From Tildeniella torsiva UHER 1998/13D (GTDB lineage Bacteria > Cyanobacteriota > Cyanobacteriia > Phormidesmidales > Phormidesmidaceae), in contig JAHHIH010000006.1 of the NCBI GenBank assembly GCA_019358835.1, positions 158,813 through 222,812 of the forward strand: a stretch of 64,000 bases of DNA, written 5' to 3'. The notes under the pieces were generated by a model, which saw nothing but the letters and a program-made list of their open reading frames with translations, did not search any database and was not told where the DNA came from. Positions within the stretch are counted from its first letter, which is position 1, and every line of letters begins with the position of its first letter. Made by a program: the position numbers and the translations under genes. This document shows positions 1 to 9,742 of this stretch, in pieces.

Positions 1-842
1 CAGTAGCTATGCTTGCCGCCGAGTTGGGTGGGTTTAGCTTTAGCTTTACAATGCATGGCCCCCACATCTTTTTTGAGCCCTACCGATGGCGGGTGGATGA
101 AAAGATTAAGCATGCTAAATTTGTGGCCTGCATCAGCCATTTTTGCCGTAGTCAAGGCATGATTTTTTCGCGCCCTGACCAGTGGGACAAACTTAAAATT
201 GTGCACTGCGGGGTTGACCCCAGCTTGTTTGAGACGGTCATTCACCAGGGGACGGGCAAACGTCTGCTCTACGTGGGCAGATTAGCGGCTGAAAAAGGTT
301 TGCCGGTTCTGCTAGAAAGCCTGACAGAGCTAACCCGTACCGAACCCGATATGGTTTTGACCGTCGTTGGGGATGGAGCCGATCGGGCACTGTTGGAGCA
401 ACAGGTGAGCGACTTGGGGCTACAGAACCACGTGCGCTTTTTAGGCTACCAATCTCAGGCGGCGGTGAGAGAGCATCTCAAGAATACCGATATATTTGTG
501 CTGCCTAGCTTTGCCGAGGGTATCCCCGTTGTGCTGATGGAGGCTATGGCAGCGGGCGTTGCGGTTGTCGCCACCCAGGTTGCCGGAGTAAGCGAGCTAG
601 TGCATTCAGGGGTGAACGGCTACGTGGTGCCGCCGGGCGATCGCCAAGCCCTATCAGAATGCATCAGTTTTCTAATGAAGGATGCCGACACCCGCAACCG
701 CCTGGGCGCTGCGGCTAGAACCAAGGTCGAGCAAGAGTTTAACGCTCTGACGGAAGTTGAGAAACTTTACCAGCTCTTTACCGGAGAAGCTCATAGGCGG
801 GCAGCCGCGCCGGTTAATGCTGACACCAGTGCCGTTGTTTAG
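1..842 (+). CDS. Glycosyltransferase, GT-B fold (GT4-like), C-terminal ~280 aa; the 5' end lies outside the window
   Basis: The reading frame is open to the window edge. C-terminal GT4-type signature ...IFVLPSFAEGIPVVLMEAMAAGVAVVAT...NGYVVPPGD. Confidence 0.75.
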   Translation, partial: VAMLAAELGGFSFSFTMHGPHIFFEPYRWRVDEKIKHAKFVACISHFCRSQGMIFSRPDQWDKLKIVHCGVDPSLFETVIHQGTGKRLLYVGRLAAEKGLPVLLESLTELTRTEPDMVLTVVGDGADRALLEQQVSDLGLQNHVRFLGYQSQAAVREHLKNTDIFVLPSFAEGIPVVLMEAMAAGVAVVATQVAGVSELVHSGVNGYVVPPGDRQALSECISFLMKDADTRNRLGAAARTKVEQEFNALTEVEKLYQLFTGEAHRRAAAPVNADTSAVV

Positions 843-846
843 GGTT

Positions 847-1317
847 TTAGCCGGGGTTGTCTGGCCTATCCTCACCCGCTATTAAGAGCGGAGTTGCCTG
901 CCACTTGAGGGCATCGCCGCTCTGGGCGCTGACCGGTTCTAGCAGCAGCCATTGGTCTTTTGTTGCGCCCCGCTGGAGATAGACATCAAACTCTCGGGTT
1001 TGGCTCCGTTGGGCGTTGGTTAGGTTTCCCCCCTTGAGGTGGTACGTTCCGGCAACCTCTGCGGTGGGCTGACCGGCAATCTCAGTCCAGTGGTGGTCAG
1101 TGATGCGAATGCGACCTACCTGGGCTCGATCGGTGGGGGCGGCGGCAAACTGGCGGTAGAGAACGGCCTGGGTTTGGGAGAGTTTTTGGGCGATCGCACC
1201 CTCTACCACAGCCCTCGGCGGCCTGGGGTTAATTAGCCCACACCCCAGCAGCGACAAGCAAAGCATCCCAATCAAGACCGATCGGATTGGCCGAATTGAC
1301 GCCATTGTGCCCATCAA
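847..1317 (-). CDS. Hypothetical lipoprotein
   Basis: N-terminal signal peptide with lipobox LSLLGC. No recognisable catalytic motif. Confidence 0.45.
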   Translation of the reverse strand: MMGTMASIRPIRSVLIGMLCLSLLGCGLINPRPPRAVVEGAIAQKLSQTQAVLYRQFAAAPTDRAQVGRIRITDHHWTEIAGQPTAEVAGTYHLKGGNLTNAQRSQTREFDVYLQRGATKDQWLLLEPVSAQSGDALKWQATPLLIAGEDRPDNPG

Positions 1318-1392
1318 ACATGCCTCTGTTGAACCTGCTCTCTTCAGGCTACTGCCTTACGCCCCTGGACGAAACGGGTTGAAGATGAAAGC

Positions 1393-2616
1393 CTACGAGT
1401 TGGGCCGTAGCGCCCAGGCCAAAAACCGCTCCGTATAATACAGGGCAATTTGGTTGCTGGGGCCGCGAAACACGGCATCAAAGGCGTGTTCGGCCCAGGG
1501 TAGGGCAATCCACGCTGCCACATTACCGCTTGCTTGGAGTTGTTCGTATAACTGCTGACCGTAGCTGGGCTTGACTACATGGTCGCGCTGCCCGTAGATC
1601 AATAGTGTTGGCGGTAAATCTGGCCTAACGGAAAATATCGGTGAGGCCTGCTGATAAAGCTCGGTCAGCTGCTTGGGGCTACCGCCCAAGAAGGCTTCTA
1701 ATACAGCACGGGTATCAATCGGATCGGGCACTGGTGGGTCGTAGTAGCCTGCCGCTAGGTTGACCGGGCCGTAATAGTTAACCACAGCCCGAATCGGCAA
1801 TCCCACCGTTTGATAGGCGGCCAGCATGGCCAAATGGGCTCCTGCCGACCAGCCCACTAGGGCAATGCGGTTGGGGTCGATGCGGTAGTCTGAGGCGCGA
1901 TCGCCCACCCAGTCCAGCGCCGTCTGCACATCCTCAAGCTGAGTGGGGAAGCGGTACTCGGGCGTGTGGCGATAGTCGATGGCCACGACGGTATATCCCT
2001 GGGCCGCCATGTAGGCGCTAAAGCGGGCCGTTGCGGCGGGTTCGCCATGTCGCCAAGCGCCCCCGTAAATGGTGACGATGGCAGGGTGCAGATCTGGCTG
2101 AGTAGAGGATTCAGGCGGCTGGTAGATGTCTAAGGCCAGAGCGGCACCGTCCGGGGTTAAGAAGGTTTGGTGCTGCGGCGCGATAGCTGCCTCGGGCAGT
2201 CCCCGGATCAAATCTCCCAGAACAAAAGGGCGCGATCGCAGCAGAGGCTGTATCTGAGCCGGAATTTGACTACTGTAGTTTGCACCCAACCCGCTTTGCA
2301 TTTGAGCCTCGGCCAGTCGCACCGTGCCCGGCAGCTGCAGCAGAGGCAGGCTGCTTAGCACCAGGCCAGCGGTCGCGAATCCAATGGTTAAGAGCCAGAG
2401 AAAGCTGGGCGATCGCCCCCCCGCCCGCAGCAGCAGCACCGTCCCCAGCAGCAACCCCTGCCCCAGCAGCAAGAATGGGCTAATTTCTGGTGCCCCTACG
2501 CCTAAAGGCAGCAGAAAAAAGTTCGGAGCCGGAACCACAATCCAGAGGCTGAGAAACAGGGCGATCGCGGCTAGAGCGGCGATCGCCCACTCAACAAGTT
2601 GCCAAGGCATTACCAT
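1393..2616 (-). CDS. Alpha/beta hydrolase (esterase/lipase-like) with N-terminal transmembrane region
   Basis: Nucleophile elbow GWSAGAH (GxSxG) and HGGAW-like oxyanion region (IYGGAWRHG). About 100 aa of hydrophobic helices at the N-terminus. Confidence 0.7.
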   Translation of the reverse strand: MVMPWQLVEWAIAALAAIALFLSLWIVVPAPNFFLLPLGVGAPEISPFLLLGQGLLLGTVLLLRAGGRSPSFLWLLTIGFATAGLVLSSLPLLQLPGTVRLAEAQMQSGLGANYSSQIPAQIQPLLRSRPFVLGDLIRGLPEAAIAPQHQTFLTPDGAALALDIYQPPESSTQPDLHPAIVTIYGGAWRHGEPAATARFSAYMAAQGYTVVAIDYRHTPEYRFPTQLEDVQTALDWVGDRASDYRIDPNRIALVGWSAGAHLAMLAAYQTVGLPIRAVVNYYGPVNLAAGYYDPPVPDPIDTRAVLEAFLGGSPKQLTELYQQASPIFSVRPDLPPTLLIYGQRDHVVKPSYGQQLYEQLQASGNVAAWIALPWAEHAFDAVFRGPSNQIALYYTERFLAWALRPNS

Positions 2617-2630
2617 GCGGAAGCTCGTGG

Positions 2631-3674
2631 CTACTGTTTTAGCGTTCTTGGATCTAAAGCATCGCGGAGACCGTCGCCCAGCAGGTTAAAGGCCAGGGAG
2701 GTCACCACGATTAGAATCGCTGGGGGCCACACCAGCCAAGGCTGGAGAACGAGAATGGACGCATTCGTCGCCAGGGTGAGCATGTTGCCCCAGGAGGCGT
2801 CGGGCTGCTGAATACCCAGGCCAATAAAGCTCAGCACCGCCTCGGCCAAAATGAAGCCGGGAATCGCCAGGGTGGCGGCAATAATGCCGTAGGTAGCGGT
2901 CTGGGGCAAAATATGGCGGGTAATGATATAGAGCGATCGCCCCCCCATCACCCGACTGGCCTGCACAAACTCCTGCTCTTTAATCGACAGCACTTGGCCG
3001 CGAATGACTCGCGCCAGCCCAGCCCAGCCCACCAGCGACGTAATCAGCACAATCAGCATAAACCGCTGGGTACTGGAGATGCCCGCCGGCAGCACCGCCG
3101 CCAGAGCTACCAGCAGATAAATGCTGGGGATAGTCATCAACACTTCCACCAAGCGCATCAGTACGGCATCGACCGCGCCGCCAAAGTACCCGGCCATGCC
3201 GCCCACCAGCATGCCCAGCGGGAAGGAAATGGCAATGCCAATCAGCCCCACGCTGAGGCTAACCCGGCTGCCGTGAATCAGCCGACTGAACTGGTCACGG
3301 GCCTGCTCATCGGTGCCCAGCAGGTTGATGCGGGCCGGGCCAGCGGTGTCGAACAGGGTCAGTCGCCCTTCATCATTGTGATGAAAGATGCGGAGGGCAG
3401 AAGGCTGGGTGCGATCGACAACAATTTTGCGTTCCCCAGTGTTGATATCGACCGGCCCCTGGGTAGTGGGGTAAACGTGGGGAAAAAATCGCCCCGTTTC
3501 GCCGTCGCGCCAGTACACCTGGGTGGGCGGCAGCAGCGACCCATTGAGCTGAGACTCATAGGGACTGTAGGGGGCAAAAAAGTCTGCCCCCAGGGCCACA
3601 GCATATAGGGCGATCAGCAGGATCGCCCCAAGCTGGGCTAGACGGTTTGCTCTAAGCTTGCGCCACCAGGTCAT
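2631..3674 (-). CDS. ABC transporter permease (DppC/OppC-type peptide/nickel family)
   Basis: Multi-pass membrane protein with the conserved permease loop ...QEFVQASRVMGGRSLYIITRHILPQ.... The N-terminal extracytoplasmic loop is typical of OppC-like permeases. Confidence 0.75.
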   Translation of the reverse strand: MTWWRKLRANRLAQLGAILLIALYAVALGADFFAPYSPYESQLNGSLLPPTQVYWRDGETGRFFPHVYPTTQGPVDINTGERKIVVDRTQPSALRIFHHNDEGRLTLFDTAGPARINLLGTDEQARDQFSRLIHGSRVSLSVGLIGIAISFPLGMLVGGMAGYFGGAVDAVLMRLVEVLMTIPSIYLLVALAAVLPAGISSTQRFMLIVLITSLVGWAGLARVIRGQVLSIKEQEFVQASRVMGGRSLYIITRHILPQTATYGIIAATLAIPGFILAEAVLSFIGLGIQQPDASWGNMLTLATNASILVLQPWLVWPPAILIVVTSLAFNLLGDGLRDALDPRTLKQ

Positions 3675-3682
3675 AGACGGTA

Positions 3683-4531
3683 TCAGGTGTGGATTACGGT
3701 TTGCTCGTTCTCCACCATAAACACATTTGAATAGAGGTTAGCAATTATTTGCTTACCTTCTTGGGTGAGCGACAGATAGCGTAGCCCGTCTTGGATGTAG
3801 GGATGCACCACATTCCAGTAAAACTTGGGGTAGTTAGCCCGCAGATCGCCAGGGTGATCGTACTGAAGGTATTTGTTTTGGCCGGTTTCTTCAAACTCGT
3901 AGTAAAGTGCGCCAATTTTCTTCAGATAGCGGGGGTCGCTGAGCTGGCCAATCAGGTCGGCGGCCCGCACCAAGCCCGGAAAGTGCTGGGTGTCTTGGTG
4001 GTCTTCTTCTTTGGGTACCGGAAAGCGAGTGAGCTCGATGTTGCGCTTGATGGCGTCGGCCTCGATCACCGGGTTGCCGCCAAAGCGCTCTTCAATGAAC
4101 CGCTTGCCCCGATCGACGTGATAGGGCGTGAGGGAGGCATCGGAGGCTCCGGGCTGGAGCATGACCATTTCGTCGCCCTGGCCGGTGGAATAGAGGTGGT
4201 TGCGATCTTGGTCGCTACGGCAGACACCCTTGACATAGCCAATGTCATGGCAGACCAAGGAAATGATGAAGTGCATCCAGTCTTTGCAGGTGACGCCGCC
4301 TTCGCGAATGTGCTTGCCCCGCAGAATCTCTTGACCGACGAGGGCGACTAAAACCGTGTGCTCTACGTTGTGGTAGAGCGCATCGCTGTTGGCGATGTTT
4401 TCTAGCGCCATACTGCCCGCCCAGGCAATGATGTCTTCGTAGTCGGGGTTTTGGCCGCCGTAGGTGCGGTGGTAGCCCACCCGCAGCTTATCGACGAAGT
4501 CACTGATGAGGATTTCGGTGGCGTTAAACAT
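3683..4531 (-). CDS. HD-domain metal-dependent phosphohydrolase
   Basis: H...HD motif (YHNVEHT ... CHDIGY). ATG at 4531; the ORF track begins at a TTG at 4537. Confidence 0.7.
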   Translation of the reverse strand: MFNATEILISDFVDKLRVGYHRTYGGQNPDYEDIIAWAGSMALENIANSDALYHNVEHTVLVALVGQEILRGKHIREGGVTCKDWMHFIISLVCHDIGYVKGVCRSDQDRNHLYSTGQGDEMVMLQPGASDASLTPYHVDRGKRFIEERFGGNPVIEADAIKRNIELTRFPVPKEEDHQDTQHFPGLVRAADLIGQLSDPRYLKKIGALYYEFEETGQNKYLQYDHPGDLRANYPKFYWNVVHPYIQDGLRYLSLTQEGKQIIANLYSNVFMVENEQTVIHT

Positions 4532-4911
4532 TCCCAAGACCTGCCTTTTTAGAGTCGAGCCGTTGGCGTGAGAGAGCAGTGACGACTGGGTGAACGAAGC
4601 TCACGCGATAGATATCTTGCTATTAGACCAAACCTTCCCCATTCAGAGGTGTGATTCGAGTCAGCAAAAATTATGAGCTTAGCCCCTGGAGTCGAGTTAA
4701 GCGGCCGTTTTCCCTGATAAATCAAGCGATTCCGGGGATGCCAGACTTTAAGTCATAAGGGGAAAATAAATATTTCGTAACTTACCTGATCGCGCCCCAA
4801 GGGTGTGACTGGGCAAAACCTCCTGTTGGGCAGCCGCCCCAGCCAGATCGGCGGATTTGCTAATGCTACCGAGCCTGAGGGTGGTGCGGTAACGGTTACA
4901 GATAACTGACT

Positions 4912-4939
4912 GGGCAAATGGCGCGATCGCCATTTGCCC
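4912..4939. repeat. Perfect 12-bp hairpin centred on a HIP1 site (GGGCAAATGGCG-cgat-CGCCATTTGCCC)
   Basis: Read directly from the sequence. Intergenic, upstream of the tRNA. Confidence 0.8.
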
Positions 4940-5055
4940 GCTTCTAAAGCAACAACAGCGACTCTGCCCCAGAAACTTCGCCGAAGGAATATACCTTGAG
5001 CAAATAATCGTATAATGATTTTCTGTTGGCAACGCGCTTGCCCAGCTATACCTCT

Positions 5056-5127
5056 GCGGGTGTAGTTCAGTGGTAGAACGTCAGCTTCCCAAGCTGAATG
5101 TCGTCGGTTCGAGTCCGATCACCCGCT
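5056..5127 (+). tRNA. tRNA-Gly, anticodon CCC
   Basis: Cloverleaf read by hand. Acceptor GCGGGTG/CACCCGC; anticodon stem TCAGC/GCTGA with loop TTCCCAA; T-arm GGTTCGAGTCC. CCA is not encoded. Confidence 0.9.
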
Positions 5128-5267
5128 TCCTGTTGAAAGCCCCGGAATAGCTAGATTCCAGAGGATTTTGTTGTGGCCCCAAAGTTTTCCTCGTAAGGCT
5201 GCTTAACAATAGGCCGCTCCGAAACTTGCATTCATCCCCTAGTGAAGACGCTAGCCTACCAGGCATT

Positions 5268-5906
5268 CTATGGTTCAACTGGGGAAGACCAGTCAAACTC
5301 CATCTGCTTGGCGGTTTGCACGGCTAGGGCCTGACTGTGCAGCTTGCTGACCAGATACAGGCTCATATCAATGCCAGCCGAAATGCCGCCTGAGGTTACA
5401 ACGGTTTCAGCATCGACCCAGCGAATCCCTGACCGTACCTCTAGCTGGGGGTATTGTCGTCGCAGGTCGGGAATGTCTTCCCAGTGGGTGGTTACCGGCT
5501 CGGTGGTAATGACCTGGGCAGCGGCGAGTAAAAAGGCACCGGTACAAACCGAGGCCACCAACCTGGCAGTCTTGGCCTGCTGAGCAATCCAGGCGATGAC
5601 CTGGGGTTTGAGCATTTCTGCGGTGTGGACACCCCCCACGACTATGAGTAGGTCGATGGCAGGATGGCTAGCAAACCCATAGGCCGGTGCCACACAAAAG
5701 CCCGCCCGAGCCGTAACCATAGCGCCGGTTTCGCTGACTAAAAAGACGGTGAAAGGGTCGCTGTCGGGGCAAACTCTAGCGGCGGTGGAGAACACCTCGA
5801 AGGGGCCAGCAAAGTCGAGCACTTCGGCCTGGTCGTAAATGTAGATACCAACATTCATCTTTGATGCGTCTAAGGGTGCGAACCGCAGGCTAGGTGGAGC
5901 TAGCAT
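5268..5906 (-). CDS. DJ-1/PfpI family protein (class I glutamine amidotransferase-like)
   Basis: Nucleophile-elbow cysteine in ...LVASVCTGAFLLAAA... with typical flanking topology. An alternative ATG start at 5858 (MNVGIYIYD) is equally plausible. Confidence 0.75.
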   Translation of the reverse strand: MLAPPSLRFAPLDASKMNVGIYIYDQAEVLDFAGPFEVFSTAARVCPDSDPFTVFLVSETGAMVTARAGFCVAPAYGFASHPAIDLLIVVGGVHTAEMLKPQVIAWIAQQAKTARLVASVCTGAFLLAAAQVITTEPVTTHWEDIPDLRRQYPQLEVRSGIRWVDAETVVTSGGISAGIDMSLYLVSKLHSQALAVQTAKQMEFDWSSPVEP

Positions 5907-5972
5907 AACCCAGCAAAGCTATACGCAGAAACCTTCTGGCGATGCTATGGGGAAGGTTGGGTTCCGCGCCGT

Positions 5973-6755
5973 TCAAGAGGTGCGAATGTAGCGAGATAGA
6001 TGGTAAGCCGCCAGCTTTACATCTTCTGCGGTAACCCGTTGCGGCTCATTGTCGATAAAACTAGGTAGCGCTTTGGGGTTGAGCACCCAGAGGTCAGACG
6101 ACCCTTTGGTCTTAGACGACTCCACAAACCATCCCGGAAAAACCACGACTGGCTTGACCGCGAAAGACCTGCCAGTACTGTCTTTTAGAACGCCTGCAAC
6201 CCAGTGGGCCTGTGCTTTGGCCTGCTCGATCGCATTGCGCTCCATCAATTGACCATTGACCTGAATGGTTTCGCCATCGAAGTGAATGGTGGATTTTCCG
6301 GACGATGATTTGCTGTAGGTCTTGGTTTCGATCGTGAAAATGCCGCGATCGCAAATCACCACATGATCGACGTTGAACCCCTTTCCTACAATGTCATGAA
6401 AGACTCGATAGCCTTTTTCTCTCAAATCTGACAGGTATTGGCCAACCGCCTTCTCTCCATCTCGGGCCATTCTCAAGCGCCTGAGCTGTAGTCTCAATCG
6501 GTAGAGCCGAAAGACGGCATAGCTCGAAATCGGGATGGCAACGATCAGGGCTCCTAAAGGCTGTGGCGGGGTGTTGCTCACCGCACGCCACCACTCGTAT
6601 CCGGTAAAGATGATAGGCAGCAAAAACAGGCTCAGCCAGGTATTGAGGTCTTCATCCCACAGGCGCTGGAGCCCTTCATCAAGGGATTGGCCTGGATTGC
6701 GTAAGGGTTTGTCTTTTAGCGGGGATACCCGTTGCCTGCGGGCGTTTAGCTTCAT
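5973..6755 (-). CDS. NERD (nuclease-related) domain protein with two N-terminal TM helices
   Basis: NERD core ...GEKAVGQYL...GYRVFHDI...VDHVVICDRGIFTIETKTY.... Two hydrophobic helices precede it. Confidence 0.65.
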   Translation of the reverse strand: MKLNARRQRVSPLKDKPLRNPGQSLDEGLQRLWDEDLNTWLSLFLLPIIFTGYEWWRAVSNTPPQPLGALIVAIPISSYAVFRLYRLRLQLRRLRMARDGEKAVGQYLSDLREKGYRVFHDIVGKGFNVDHVVICDRGIFTIETKTYSKSSSGKSTIHFDGETIQVNGQLMERNAIEQAKAQAHWVAGVLKDSTGRSFAVKPVVVFPGWFVESSKTKGSSDLWVLNPKALPSFIDNEPQRVTAEDVKLAAYHLSRYIRTS

Positions 6756-6837
6756 GGTTGGTAAGCTTCCTGGGGCTAACTGCTAGGCACGCTGAGAGTA
6801 TGCCCCAGATACATGACGCCAAACCAACGGATAATCC

Positions 6838-8274
6838 TTAACCCTGCTTTAGGCGATATCGCTTCTGCGATCGCGTATCGCGAGGGGTCACCACCCAGGT
6901 GTTTTCTCCGTTGAGGTAATCGTAGATAGCGACGATGGCGATCGAGTTTTTGAAGGTGACGTAGAAGGGCAAAAACAGCACATGTTTGAGGTAATAAGCC
7001 AGCGGGTAACGCCTAGACGCGATCTTCGCAGTGGCTAAGATTTGGTAAACCCCGCTGAAGAGCGACAGGCCACCGGCAACCCAAAAATAAGCCCGCATCT
7101 GGCCAGACACCGCACCGGGCACCAGCAAAAAGGCCAGCAGCACCGGCAAGAGCTGTAGCGAAATCAGGGCAAACGATTCGCAGTAGTAGAGCAGGTACGT
7201 CCAGTAGATTTTTTGCCAGGGGTTGAAGTGGGGCGATCGCCACAACCGACGCTGGTAGAGCAGCGATACCTCCAGCCAGCCGTGGGCCCAACGCTTGCGC
7301 TGAAACCAAAAGGTTTTGAGCGAGGCGGGTGCTAGCTCGCTGGTGACAATGCTGCGATCGTGCAAAATTTTGTAGCCATTGAGCAGCGTTCGCAAAGAGG
7401 CGTCGATATCTTCGGTCAGTCGGTTGGGGTTAAAGCGAATCTGTTTGAGCACCGAGGTGCGCCAGTAGCCGTTTGAGCCGCCGAAGATGCTGGAGTCGGT
7501 GAGAAATGACTTCGCCGCATGGCTGATGCCGTAGAGCTGCTCAAACTCGATCGCCACGTTTTGGGCCAAGAAGTTTTCGTCGTAGTTGCGAATGACGTTG
7601 CGGCCCTGAATTACGTCGTAGCCCTGGGCAATCCAGTGCCAGGCCCGCCGAAAGCAGTCGGCGCTGGGATGGTGGTCGGCATCGAGCACACAGACGATTT
7701 CTCCGGTGGCAATGTCGAGGGCGGCATTCATATTTTCGGCTTTTGAGCGGCTGCCTTCGACCCGCAAAATAGTCAGCTCACTGTGGTGTCTGGCTAGCTG
7801 ATGCAGCTCGGCCTCAATGGGCAGGTCAACGGGCGTGTTGTAGGCCAAAATAATCTCTAGCCCATCCGCCGGTCGTTCAATGTGCGCGAGCAAATGCTGT
7901 AGGGTTTCAACGATCAGGCCCTGCTCATTGGGCAAATAGGCAGCCACTAAAAACGAGCAACGAGGCACCGGTTCCAGGGGATAGGGGTACTCGGCCCCCC
8001 GCACTCCCATCCACGCCTTGACCTGGCTGAGGGAGCGCTCTGAGGAATGGTTCGATTGACGGCGATGGGCCGCAAATCGGCGAAACAGCGCATTACTCGA
8101 CTCAATGATAATCATCACCGCGTTGACCAAAAACAGCGTCAACACCACCACTCGCGGCACGATTAAAGCCCATCCGCTGAGCAGCAGATACCCGTAAAAA
8201 ACAGCGGGCAGGCCAATCAGCAGCACATGGGTGAAGATCACTTTCTGAATTTCGCTAGACCACTTCTTGGCCAT
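6838..8274 (-). CDS. Processive family-2 glycosyltransferase (cellulose/chitin/PNAG-synthase-like)
   Basis: D, DxD (LDADH) and QRKRW (Q-x-x-R-W) motifs, flanked by N- and C-terminal TM helices. The ATG at 8274 is preceded by AGGAG; the track ORF starts at a TTG at 8301. Confidence 0.8.
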   Translation of the reverse strand: MAKKWSSEIQKVIFTHVLLIGLPAVFYGYLLLSGWALIVPRVVVLTLFLVNAVMIIIESSNALFRRFAAHRRQSNHSSERSLSQVKAWMGVRGAEYPYPLEPVPRCSFLVAAYLPNEQGLIVETLQHLLAHIERPADGLEIILAYNTPVDLPIEAELHQLARHHSELTILRVEGSRSKAENMNAALDIATGEIVCVLDADHHPSADCFRRAWHWIAQGYDVIQGRNVIRNYDENFLAQNVAIEFEQLYGISHAAKSFLTDSSIFGGSNGYWRTSVLKQIRFNPNRLTEDIDASLRTLLNGYKILHDRSIVTSELAPASLKTFWFQRKRWAHGWLEVSLLYQRRLWRSPHFNPWQKIYWTYLLYYCESFALISLQLLPVLLAFLLVPGAVSGQMRAYFWVAGGLSLFSGVYQILATAKIASRRYPLAYYLKHVLFLPFYVTFKNSIAIVAIYDYLNGENTWVVTPRDTRSQKRYRLKQG

Positions 8275-8293
8275 TACAGTGCAACTCCTGGCG

Positions 8294-9742
8294 TCAAACA
8301 ACGGTTTTGATGGGGGAATAGGGTCGGGTTCGAGGCTTTGAGGTGGCCTCTACCAGGCTCAAGCGGTCGGCATTGACCCACACCCTCTGGCCACCCTCTA
8401 CAATCTGGCAAAGGTAGGTCTCGCCCTCGTCGAGCAGGGTTTCAATTTTGTGTACAACCCAGTCTCGGCGGCCCTGGTAGCTGACGCGATCGCCCACCCT
8501 AGGCCGCCAATTCGTCCGCTCAGTAGCAGGGTTCTGCATCAGCAGATAGTCCAAATCGCGCCACAGCTGCACCGCACTGCGCTGAATGAAGGGCCGCACC
8601 GCATCGGCCATCATGGCCAAAATTAGGGTGCCAACCACCATCAGCGGCAGCGAGACCCAATAGCGCCAAAGGCTATCGTGAACCCACAGGGTGATCGTGC
8701 GATCGATCACAAAGCCGTGGATCAAGAAATAACTGTAGCTGTGGGTGCCCAGGTGTCCCATCGTGGCCGACAGAACCGGTGTGTTACTGAGCGATCGCAG
8801 CACCACCACAGCAACCATCACCAGCCCAATAGGCAGCAGCAGATCGCAGACCACCCAGCCTACTCGATAAAACTGCGCCAAAAACCCTACGGCATAGACC
8901 AGCAGCCCCACCCAAACCAGCCGCTGAGACCGCCAAAACAAAGGGCCACGGTGCTGGCAGTAGGCATCTGCGATCGCCATGCCGACCACAAAGGTGCTCA
9001 GCTTGGCCAAAAACGAGACAAAGGGCAACCAATTATTCGGCGTATCGAGAATCGAGTAGGTCAGATGTCCGCCAAAGTGGTAAACCGCGCCATAGCGATA
9101 GAGCAGCGTGACGGCCAAGCTCACCAGCAGCAAATTGCGGGTTCCCCAACGGTTCAACAACTGCCAGAGAATGGGGGAAATCAGCGCAAAACTAATAATT
9201 AGGGGAATAAACCACCAGGGGCCGCTGGTCGCCAACAGCCGCTCGCCGTCAAAGCCAAACAGCAGCGGAAAGGTGACCCCCGCAAAGGTGTCCCACGGCG
9301 ACGGTCGATAGCTGTTGGTGGCCACCCCAATCAGCCAAAGCACCGGATAGGCCAGCCAGGCCACAGTCCAAAACGGCCACAAAATTCGCAGCAGGCGACC
9401 GCGAATAAACTCGCCACCGCTGATTGGGTGGGCTTTGCTGCGCAGCGATAGCACCAAGACAAAGCCAGCAATTAAAATAAACACATCGAGGGCCTGAAAG
9501 CCAAACCACACCGGCAGGGCGATCGCCGCAGCCAGCGCATTCTGACCAAGCTGAGCATTGGCCTCGACAAGGGCGGCCCAATTACTTTGCAGCCCAGTGG
9601 GTTGGGGGCTATAGGCATACCCCGTAAACAGCAGCTGAGCGTGATAGAGCAGAATACCAACTGCCGCCAATATCCGAATGCCCTCTAACCAACTCAGCCG
9701 AGGCTTTGCCGGTTGAGGATGCATAGAGTGGGGTTGAGCCAT
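8294..9742 (-). CDS. Acyltransferase family 3 (membrane O-acyltransferase) with a soluble C-terminal beta-rich tail
   Basis: About 10 TM helices beginning ...LEGIRILAAVGILLYH... (AT3 signature His). A C-terminal ~70 aa SH3/KOW-like segment follows. About 20 nt from the GT2 gene, or overlapping it, depending on the start chosen. Confidence 0.75.
   Translation of the reverse strand: MAQPHSMHPQPAKPRLSWLEGIRILAAVGILLYHAQLLFTGYAYSPQPTGLQSNWAALVEANAQLGQNALAAAIALPVWFGFQALDVFILIAGFVLVLSLRSKAHPISGGEFIRGRLLRILWPFWTVAWLAYPVLWLIGVATNSYRPSPWDTFAGVTFPLLFGFDGERLLATSGPWWFIPLIISFALISPILWQLLNRWGTRNLLLVSLAVTLLYRYGAVYHFGGHLTYSILDTPNNWLPFVSFLAKLSTFVVGMAIADAYCQHRGPLFWRSQRLVWVGLLVYAVGFLAQFYRVGWVVCDLLLPIGLVMVAVVVLRSLSNTPVLSATMGHLGTHSYSYFLIHGFVIDRTITLWVHDSLWRYWVSLPLMVVGTLILAMMADAVRPFIQRSAVQLWRDLDYLLMQNPATERTNWRPRVGDRVSYQGRRDWVVHKIETLLDEGETYLCQIVEGGQRVWVNADRLSLVEATSKPRTRPYSPIKTVV

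Noticed and set aside
4748-5032. A 94-aa minus-strand ORF between the HD-domain gene and the tRNA.
   Set aside because: It is Cys/Arg-rich and non-protein-like. It spans the HIP1-centred hairpin and abuts the tRNA promoter region.
5081-5296. A 71-aa minus-strand ORF overlapping tRNA-Gly.
   Set aside because: It is antisense to a confidently folded tRNA and has no coding signal.
5128-9742. Possible tRNA-Gly-linked genomic island (DJ-1, NERD, GT2, AT3).
   Set aside because: There is no integrase, I could find no direct repeat of the tRNA 3' end downstream, and HIP1 density and GC content look like the rest of the window.
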